From Blastocatellia bacterium (lineage in GTDB: Bacteria; Acidobacteriota; Blastocatellia; Chloracidobacteriales; JADJPF01), in assembly GCA_025057015.1 (NCBI GenBank), contig JANWYG010000008.1, positions 15,848 through 79,847 of the forward strand: 64,000 bases of DNA, given 5' to 3'. Of this stretch, positions 1 to 6,913 are shown one piece after another. The translations under genes were made by a program, and so were the position numbers. The notes under the pieces were generated by a model, which had not been told where the DNA came from, did no database searches, and saw nothing but the letters and a program-made list of their open reading frames with translations. How positions within the stretch are numbered: the first letter of the stretch is position 1; every line of letters begins with the position of its first letter.

Positions 1-758
1 TTGAGCTGCTCGAAACCTACTGTGTACCTTTGTATATAGTCTTCATCGTGCAATCCTTCAGAAACGATGACGTGCATCAGGCCAAGAGCCAATGCTGCAT
101 CTGTGCCAGGTCGAATAAAAATGTGTTCGTCGCTGGCCTCAGCCGTGCGGTTGCGATAGGGATCAATGCAGATTACTTTCGCACCATTCCTTCTAGCCCG
201 TAAGATAAATGGCCACAGATGTACGTTCGACGTGATTATGTTGCTGCCGAATATCGCTATTAATCGAGCATACTTTATGGCTTCTGGATCGTAACCTATG
301 GTCGCACCTATGGTGTATTTGTAACCAGTCGCTCCAGCCGAAGAGCATATCGTTCGTTCTAACAATGACGCTCCGTAACGATGAAAAAAGCGCCTGTCCA
401 TGCTTGCGTAGTTAAGTAGACCTATAGTGCCCGCATAGCTATACGGCAAAACGGCCTGCGGTCCGTACTCATCCGCTACCCTTTTTAACCTATAGGCTAT
501 TTCGTCTAGTGCTTCGTCCCAGCTTACCCTGACAAATTTTCCCTCTCCTTTGGCCCCAACGCGGCGCTGTGGATAAAGAACTCGCTCAGAATGGTAAACT
601 CGCTCTAGATACTTTGAAACTTTGGTGCAAAGAAATCCTGATGTGAATCGGTGATTAGGATCGCCTTCGATTTTAGTAGCACGTCCGTCCCTAACAGTTA
701 CAAGCATGGAACACGTGTCAGGACAGTCATGCGGACAAACAGCCTGTAGTTTGCTCAT
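1..758 (-). CDS. Molybdopterin (Mo/W-bisPGD) oxidoreductase, N-terminal part; gene continues past the left edge
   Basis: Not in the ORF track because it is open at the window edge. My minus-strand translation from ATG at 758-756 gives MSKLQAVCPHDCPDTCSMLVTVRDGRATKIEGDPNHRFTSGFLCTKVSKYLERVYHSERVLYPQRRVGAKGEGKFVRVSWDEALDEIA... It has the N-terminal CxxCxxxC...C 4Fe-4S motif and downstream blocks (IFGSN, IDPYRN, RPGTDAAL) typical of this family. Confidence 0.75.
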   Translation of the reverse strand, partial: MSKLQAVCPHDCPDTCSMLVTVRDGRATKIEGDPNHRFTSGFLCTKVSKYLERVYHSERVLYPQRRVGAKGEGKFVRVSWDEALDEIAYRLKRVADEYGPQAVLPYSYAGTIGLLNYASMDRRFFHRYGASLLERTICSSAGATGYKYTIGATIGYDPEAIKYARLIAIFGSNIITSNVHLWPFILRARRNGAKVICIDPYRNRTAEASDEHIFIRPGTDAALALGLMHVIVSEGLHDEDYIQRYTVGFEQL

Positions 759-763
759 AATAT

Positions 764-937
764 TTATCTGTTGCGAGTGTATAAGTAGAGACCTACGGCA
801 AAATCAGACAACGCCACTATGCCAATAGCTATGCGCACTGCCAAAGGTAAATTAGGCAAAGCTGCTGCTGAAACTACAAGTCCAAATGAGCTAGCTATAC
901 AAATTAAGCCCGCTGTTTTTCTTTGTTCTGACTGCAT
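764..937 (-). CDS. Possible small (57 aa) membrane protein directly upstream of the molybdoenzyme gene
   Basis: My translation gives MQSEQRKTAGLICIASSFGLVVSAAALPNLPLAVRIAIGIVALSDFAVGLYLYTRNR. It has two hydrophobic stretches, and its stop lies 5 nt before the next start. It is below the ORF-track size cutoff and has no homology support. Confidence 0.3.
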   Translation of the reverse strand: MQSEQRKTAGLICIASSFGLVVSAAALPNLPLAVRIAIGIVALSDFAVGLYLYTRNR

Positions 938-1002
938 TTATGCCTCTGAAATCTGATAATTAATTAAGTGCGTATTTTCTCACAAGGAGCAACAAAAAGT
1001 CT

Positions 1003-2544
1003 ATGTCTAGGTTCATTTTCGCAGCAATAGTGATTCTGATCTTTCAACAACCGGCGTTTTGCAGTGAGAAGATAAAGTGGCTTGACTGGTCAGACGAAAT
1101 CTTCAAGCGTGCTGAGCGCGAAAAACGCTTCATACTGCTCGATCTCAAAGCCGTCTGGTGTCACTGGTGTCACGTGATGGACAAAGTCACTTATTCCGAT
1201 CCAGAAGTCGCAGCACTCATTTCGGAAAAGTTCCTCGCTGTTAGAGTTGATCAAGACTCTAGACCAGACCTGTCAAATCGATATGAAGATTACGGCTGGC
1301 CAGCAACTATATTCTTTCATTGGGACGGTAGCGAGATTGTCAAACGCTCAGGCTATATACCACCTAAGGAAATGCTCTCGTTGCTTAAAGCTATAATCGT
1401 CGATCCTAGCCCCGGGCCCTCGGTAAAACCAGAAAAGCCACTTAGCTTTTCAAACAGAAGCTCTTTACCAGAGAAGCTCAAAGAGCAAATGCTGGAGAGT
1501 TTCTTTGAAAGTTATGACTACGAATTAGGCGGCTGGGGTTTTGTTCATAAATTCCTGGATTGGGACTGCGTAGAGTACGCTATGCGTAGGGCTATGGCGG
1601 GCGATCGACGAGCCGAACAAATGGCAAAGCAAACACTCAAAGCTCAACTGCAGTTGCTAGATCCAGCTTGGGGGGGCGTATATCAATACTCTGCCGGTGG
1701 AGTATGGACTGAACCACACTTCGAAAAGATTATGTCCATGCAGGCAGAAAACTTGCGGATTTACTCTCAGGCATATGCCCTCTGGAAAGACCCTGTGTAC
1801 CTAGAGACAGCAAAGAGCATTCGCAGGTACTTGAAAGAGTTTTTGACAAGCCCGCAAGGAGCCTTTTATACAAGCCAAGATGCTGATCTCGTCAAAGGAG
1901 AACATAGTGAGGAATACTTTAAACTTGACGACAAGCAACGCCGCAAGCTAGGTATTCCGAAAGTTGATACTAACATTTATTCAAGAGAGAACGGATGGGC
2001 GATAAATGCTTTGACTGTCTTCTACAGCGTTTCTGGCGATAAAGAAGTATTAGATAGCGCTATCCGTGCGGCAGAGTGGATAATCAACAACCGAGCTATA
2101 GAAGGTGGTGGCTTTAGACACGGCGAAGTAGATCCAGCCGGACCCTATCTTGGCGATACGCTCTATATGGGCAGAGCTTTTCTAAGCTTGTACACAGTAA
2201 CCGGTGATGAAAAGTGGCTGGATAAAGCCAAGAAAGCCGCTGACTTCATTCAAGCAAACTTCGCCGCTGAAGTAGGCTTTGCTACGGCTTCTGTCAAATG
2301 CTCGGCGAAATTTCCGCCAAAACCACAAAGAGACGAAAACATAGCCCTAGCCAGATTTGCAAACCTGCTCTATCGCAATACAGGAAGTAAAACTTACAAA
2401 GATATGACCGACCATGCTATGCGCTACCTTACTACGGAAGAGATAGCTCTGCGTCGACCAACGGCAGGTGTCTTGCTAGCAGATGAAGAGTACGCTTCCG
2501 GACCGATGAATATACCGGTAGTCAGCAAGGAGGCTAAGCAGTAG
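1003..2544 (+). CDS. Thioredoxin-domain protein of the DUF255/YyaL type (thioredoxin-like N-domain plus six-hairpin glycosidase-like C-domain), with N-terminal signal peptide
   Basis: Contains the WCHWCHVM motif in the context LLDLKAVWCHWCHVMDKVTYSDPEVA, characteristic of DUF255. The N-terminus is hydrophobic (MSRFIFAAIVILIFQQPAFC). Confidence 0.8.
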   Translation: MSRFIFAAIVILIFQQPAFCSEKIKWLDWSDEIFKRAEREKRFILLDLKAVWCHWCHVMDKVTYSDPEVAALISEKFLAVRVDQDSRPDLSNRYEDYGWPATIFFHWDGSEIVKRSGYIPPKEMLSLLKAIIVDPSPGPSVKPEKPLSFSNRSSLPEKLKEQMLESFFESYDYELGGWGFVHKFLDWDCVEYAMRRAMAGDRRAEQMAKQTLKAQLQLLDPAWGGVYQYSAGGVWTEPHFEKIMSMQAENLRIYSQAYALWKDPVYLETAKSIRRYLKEFLTSPQGAFYTSQDADLVKGEHSEEYFKLDDKQRRKLGIPKVDTNIYSRENGWAINALTVFYSVSGDKEVLDSAIRAAEWIINNRAIEGGGFRHGEVDPAGPYLGDTLYMGRAFLSLYTVTGDEKWLDKAKKAADFIQANFAAEVGFATASVKCSAKFPPKPQRDENIALARFANLLYRNTGSKTYKDMTDHAMRYLTTEEIALRRPTAGVLLADEEYASGPMNIPVVSKEAKQ

Positions 2545-3404
2545 TGAAGGTCTTCGTATAACTTGACCCCAGGGCAAGTGTAAGCAGTATAACCTCGAGC
2601 TTGCTTATAAACTCCAAGAGTTTTGCTTGCTAAGATGGACAAAGCCGACCTGTTTACTGCCTCTCGATTTCGTTTGCGGGTCGGCAACTACCTCGAATCC
2701 GGCATTTTCACGCTATCCCTACCATCAGCGTTGGAAAGTCATTCTCAGTACGGTCAGCTATCAGCAACTTCTGAAATGCTTTTAGGAAAGACTATGTTCA
2801 AGTTATAGCCATTATCCTTAAGATACTGTTTCTGAAAATACGTCTGGGGGAGCTCTGTGCCAAATATTTACGATAACGTTGAGCAGAAGTTACTAGCTGG
2901 CCTCAAGGATACGGATTAGCAAACTACCTCCTACCAAATGCCCAGCAGCGGGCAAGCACCGAAGAGCAACGCATTATCAACAATAATCTCACCCGAGCAG
3001 GTCGTCGGCTGATTGGTTTTTGTCGAACGAACTTGTTTAAGCGGTTGGAATCCCGGATATAGCTTCTTGTTATCCCTCAAGCGACATATACTGCGCAACC
3101 TCGTCGTGTTGTATGCTCTAGAGAACAACCGCGACGTTCCGATTGGTATTCAGGATGTCGCTCTGCTGGATGCGGCAGTTTCAGACGAAGGCGCCGAAGT
3201 GAGGGGAGAGCTTGATAGCTCGCAGGCAGAGACAGAAAATACGTCATTTGGTTCGTCGTCTAGTTTGAACGCGCTTCGGCAGCAAGCAAAGAAAGTTTAT
3301 CAATGCTATGTTGCTGACTTGTATCGCTCCAAATTTCAATGGCTCAGCAGCCGGTTTTTTACAGCAGACTTGAGAAAGCACCTCGAAGAGAATGTGCACT
3401 CCTT

Positions 3405-3650
3405 GTGCAATCTCTGTGTCCTTTGTGCCTCTGTGGTTTATTTTATTTTTCCACCACAGAGACACAGAGGACACAGAGGGAACACAAAGGGTTGATTGGG
3501 GGAAGGAGGAGCACAAAGGGTTGGTTGGGGGAAGGGAGTAAGCAGCAGAGCGAGTAAGCAGAGCGACTCTGTGCAATCTCTGTGTCCTTTGTGTCTCTGT
3601 GGTGAGGAAGAAAGATAAGACCACAGAGATACAGAGGACACAAAGAGAGA
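3405..3650 (+). repeat. About 1.5 copies of a hairpin-bearing dispersed repeat family, immediately upstream of the methyltransferase gene
   Basis: Unit start gtgcaatctctgtg occurs at 3405 and 3571. Inverted arms lie at 3412-3437/3453-3478 and 3578-3603/3620-3647 (ctctgtgtcctttgtg[ct]ctctgtggt / accacagag..acagaggacacagag). There is an internal duplication of the gcacaaagggttg.ttggggg block. Positions 3541-3604 are near-identical to 6497-6560. Confidence 0.9.
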
Positions 3651-3665
3651 AAGCAGGTAGGAACT

Positions 3666-6368
3666 ATGGAGAAGCGGGTTTTGATTGAAAGAGTTCTGCC
3701 GATAAGGAAGCTGTCCGAAGAAAGTCGGCGGGAGAAAGCTATTCGTCACGGCCATATCTCTACGCTTCACGTCTGGTGGGCAAGAAAACCTCTGGTTGTC
3801 GCTCGTGCTGCCGTGCTTGGTGCGCTACTTGAGGACGATGAAAATGTTTCGTCGGAGTTGATAGAGAGGTTATGTAAGTGGAAGCTGCATGATGGCAAGC
3901 CTGAAGGGCACAGCCTGCTTGAGCAAGTGAGAGGACTGATTCGGGAGCGTTTTTTGGGGAGACGACCTAAGGTTTTGGATTGTTTTGCCGGAGGAGGCAG
4001 CATCCCGCTGGAAGCGTTACGATTAGGCTGTGACACTTATGCCGTAGATTACAATCCTGTTGCGTATGTTGTTTTGAGAGGAACGATAGAATACCCTCAG
4101 CGGTATGGTAGGCAGCTAGTGGCAGCAGTCAGGCGCTGGAGTGAGTGGGTGTTAGAAAAAGCTGGGAAGGAGCTAGAGTGTTTTTATCCTCGTGTTGGTT
4201 GTGAGACGCCTGTTGCGTACATTTGGCGTCGGACAATTCGATGTCCGAACCCATCATGTGGGGTTGAAGTTCCGCTGACAACTCAATGGTGGTTGGCTAA
4301 GAGGGGAAGAAGGAGAGTGGCGTTGAAACCTATCTTGCGGGGTAATAGAGAAGTAGGTTTTGAATTGGTAGGAGATAAGGAGATAGACTTTGAGCCTTCG
4401 CTAGGGACGGTCAAGCGGGGTAGAGCAGTATGTCTAGCTTGCAATACTTCGATGAGAGGAGATTATGTGAAGGCGGAAGCGCGTGAAGGGCGAATAGGGC
4501 AGCGATTAGTAGCAGTGGCAAGGAAAGTGGATAAGAGGCGAGGGCGTAGCTATCGGCTAGCTGGCGAGGAAGATATAGCTGGTTTTCAGAAAGCAGAGAT
4601 GGCTCTAAAAGAGTTGCTTCGTACTCCTTCGCCTTGGGCGTTTGGGCTGTCTTGGGTGCCACAAGAACCGTCGCGCTTGGTAGGAGCGGGACGACAGCAA
4701 AGTGTTGAGGCAAGTTACGGTTTCTTAGAATGGGGCAAGTTCTTCAACAGTCGGCAGTTGATGGCGTTATGCACCTTTGGAAAGTGGGTACGGGAGGCAT
4801 ACAAGGAGATAGTCAATCAGACAGGCGACTATGAGTTCGCAAAAGCAGTGACTACATATTTGGGATTTGCGGTCGATAAAATGGCTGACCTACTTTCAGT
4901 CCTTACCGGTTGGAAACCTAATGCTGAATGTCCAGTGCACTTATTTGCTCATCACGCAATACCGATGTTGTGGGATTATGCAGAGGCCAATCCGCTTGCT
5001 GGGGCCAGTGCAAGCTGGGCAAGTCAGGTTGAAAGAATGCTTTCCGCACTAACTCTCTGTTTTGTGAACAATAGACGAACGGCGACTACTCATCTTGGCT
5101 CGGCAAATAGGCTTTTTTTTGAGGGAGGGAAGTTTGATGCGGTGGTTATAGATCCGCCATATGCAGATAGCGTACCTTACAGTGACCTGAGCGATTTTTT
5201 CTATGTATGGCTTAGGCGGATAATCGGAGACCTGTATCCAGAAGCTTTTAGTACAGAGCTAGTCCCAAAAGACGAAGAAGCAGTGGTCAATGCTGTGCGA
5301 TTTGGGGGAAAGAAACACGGAGAGCAGATAGCTAAGGCGCATTACCAGCGGCTAATGCGAGAGTCGTTTGCAGAGATCTACCGAGTCCTTAACTCAGAGG
5401 GTGTATGTATAGTGATGTTTAGTCATCGTTCGACTAGCGCTTGGGAGAGGCTAGTGAAAAGTCTTCTGGATGCAGGCCTCTATCCTACAGCTTCGTTTCC
5501 GGTACACACGGAGATGGAGGCATCGACGCATCAGCGAGGCAAGGCCGCAGTGCGCAGCACAGTTGTTATGGCATGCCGACGGCGCTCGGAAAATGCTGGA
5601 ATTGGGTGGTATCGAGAAGTAATGTCGGAGTTACGGCAGGTAGTTTGTGAGAGGCTAAGGGAGTTTTGGAGAGAAGGGATTCGTGGAGCGGACTTTCTCA
5701 TTTCTGCGATAGGTCCTGCTGTGGGCATTTTTGGCAAATATAGAGAAGTCAGACACTTGGATGGGACAGAAGTGAAAGTTGCGGAAGTTTTACAAGAGGT
5801 ACGTAAGGCGGTAGTGGAGTTTACTCTGCAACAGTTAGGGTTTGAGGCATTAGATGAGCCGACGCGTTTTTATATTTTCTACCGATGGGCATACGGGAGT
5901 AAGGAGATAGAATATGACGAAGCGAACAAGCTGGCGAAGGGTTTAGGAGTAGAGTTGAGCGAGATGGAGAGGAGGTATGGTTTGATTAATCGGGATGGAG
6001 ATGAGGTAAGAGTGTTGTCTTTCGAGGAGAGAAAAGGAATTTTGGAACAAGGGTGGAAGGTGAAGCGAGGGAATGAGAGATATGGAGTAGGAGAAAGAAG
6101 CTGTGTGATAGACCAGATACAAATTAGTCTTTTGTTATGGGAATATGGGCAAAGGAGTGAGGTGTTGAATTATTTGGCGAGTTTAGGGGTAAAGGAGGAG
6201 GGGCATAGTTTCTGGCGTGTAGCACAAGCAATTATGGAAGTAGAAGGTGGGGTTGTTGGTGTGGATGGAAGGGTAAGTAGAATAGAAAAGGAAGTTCGAG
6301 TGCTAGCCCAGCTTTTAGGGAGCAAGCAGGGTTTGATACGTGAGATGAGGGCAAAGGTAGTGGGGTAG
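3666..6368 (+). CDS. DUF1156-type (COG1743-like) Zn-ribbon DNA methyltransferase, probable N6-adenine/N4-cytosine class
   Basis: The N-terminus IRHGHISTLHVWWARKPLVVARA is the DUF1156 signature. SAM motif I is VLDCFAGGGSIPLEA (nt 3978-3998). The Cys4 ribbon is CPNPSC...CLAC (nt 4242-4442). Catalytic motif IV is VVIDPPYA, with DPPY at nt 5151-5162. Confidence 0.85.
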   Translation: MEKRVLIERVLPIRKLSEESRREKAIRHGHISTLHVWWARKPLVVARAAVLGALLEDDENVSSELIERLCKWKLHDGKPEGHSLLEQVRGLIRERFLGRRPKVLDCFAGGGSIPLEALRLGCDTYAVDYNPVAYVVLRGTIEYPQRYGRQLVAAVRRWSEWVLEKAGKELECFYPRVGCETPVAYIWRRTIRCPNPSCGVEVPLTTQWWLAKRGRRRVALKPILRGNREVGFELVGDKEIDFEPSLGTVKRGRAVCLACNTSMRGDYVKAEAREGRIGQRLVAVARKVDKRRGRSYRLAGEEDIAGFQKAEMALKELLRTPSPWAFGLSWVPQEPSRLVGAGRQQSVEASYGFLEWGKFFNSRQLMALCTFGKWVREAYKEIVNQTGDYEFAKAVTTYLGFAVDKMADLLSVLTGWKPNAECPVHLFAHHAIPMLWDYAEANPLAGASASWASQVERMLSALTLCFVNNRRTATTHLGSANRLFFEGGKFDAVVIDPPYADSVPYSDLSDFFYVWLRRIIGDLYPEAFSTELVPKDEEAVVNAVRFGGKKHGEQIAKAHYQRLMRESFAEIYRVLNSEGVCIVMFSHRSTSAWERLVKSLLDAGLYPTASFPVHTEMEASTHQRGKAAVRSTVVMACRRRSENAGIGWYREVMSELRQVVCERLREFWREGIRGADFLISAIGPAVGIFGKYREVRHLDGTEVKVAEVLQEVRKAVVEFTLQQLGFEALDEPTRFYIFYRWAYGSKEIEYDEANKLAKGLGVELSEMERRYGLINRDGDEVRVLSFEERKGILEQGWKVKRGNERYGVGERSCVIDQIQISLLLWEYGQRSEVLNYLASLGVKEEGHSFWRVAQAIMEVEGGVVGVDGRVSRIEKEVRVLAQLLGSKQGLIREMRAKVVG

Positions 6369-6379
6369 TGTGGGGGGCT

Positions 6380-6858
6380 GCGGCTTTGTGCAATCTCTGT
6401 GTCCTTTGTGTCTCTGCGGTGAGAAAGAAGGATAAAACCACAGAGGCACAGAGGACACAGAGGGAGCACAAAGGGTTGGTTGGGGAAAAGGAGTAAGCAG
6501 CAGAGCGAGTAGGCAGAGCGACTCTGTGCAATCTCTGTGTCCTTTGTGTCTCTGTGGTGGGGAAGAAAGATAAAACCACAGAGGCACAGAGGACACAGAG
6601 GGAGCACGAAGGGTTGGTTGGGGAAAGGAAGTAAGCAGCAGAGCGAGTAAGCACAGAGCGGCTTTGTGCAGTCTCTGTGTCCTTTGTGTCTCTGTGGTGA
6701 GAAAGAAAGATAAAACCACAGAGGCACAGAGGATACAGAGGGAGCACGAAGGGTTGGTTGGGGGAAGGAAGTAAGCAGCAGAGCGAGTAAGCACAGAGCG
6801 GCTTTGTGCAATCTCTGTGTCCTTTGTGTCTCTGTGGTGAGGAAGAAAGATAAAATCA
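6380..6858 (+). repeat. Tandem array (3 full copies plus 1 truncated) of a 138-140-bp unit, each with a 26-bp-stem hairpin, between the methyltransferase and ATPase genes
   Basis: Unit starts (gtgca) are at 6388, 6526, 6666 and 6806. Arm pairs lie at 6395-6420/6437-6462, 6533-6558/6575-6600 and 6673-6698/6715-6740. The last copy stops inside the loop and right arm at about 6858. The inter-arm spacers are conserved between units. Confidence 0.95.
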
Positions 6859-6913
6859 CAAAACTTTAAGACACTTGGTATATACGAACGGGTATTGCTG
6901 AGAGGTAATCAGG

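Noticed and set aside
3030-3062. tRNA-like T-arm string gcggttggaatcccgg (possible tRNA or att remnant)
   Set aside because: The flanking bases do not form a T-stem or acceptor stem, and no cloverleaf can be drawn.
2623-3495. Track ORFs 2623..2808 (61 aa), 2931..3128 (65 aa) and 3013..3495 (160 aa) as real genes
   Set aside because: They have no RBS and no recognisable family. The 160-aa frame runs into the repeat element and is better explained as part of a decayed region, which is reported as a finding rather than a feature.
3244-3770. Track ORFs 3244..3624, 3339..3557, 3438..3770 and 3443..3643 (66-126 aa)
   Set aside because: They lie entirely within or across the hairpin repeats, overlap each other on both strands, and translate to low-complexity Cys/Leu/Ser/Pro strings. 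They stay open only because the repeat lacks stop codons.
6380-6858. Regularly spaced palindromic repeats that could be mistaken for a CRISPR array
   Set aside because: The unit is about 140 bp and the sequences between the 26-bp arms are themselves conserved from unit to unit, so there are no unique spacers. Each unit contains an inverted pair of arms rather than one direct repeat. No cas genes lie nearby.
6170-6859. Track ORFs 6170..6859, 6232..6747 and 6315..6794 on the minus strand (159-229 aa)
   Set aside because: The cause is the same: three overlapping frames run through the tandem array, antisense to the methyltransferase 3' end. The repetitive translations mirror the DNA repeat.
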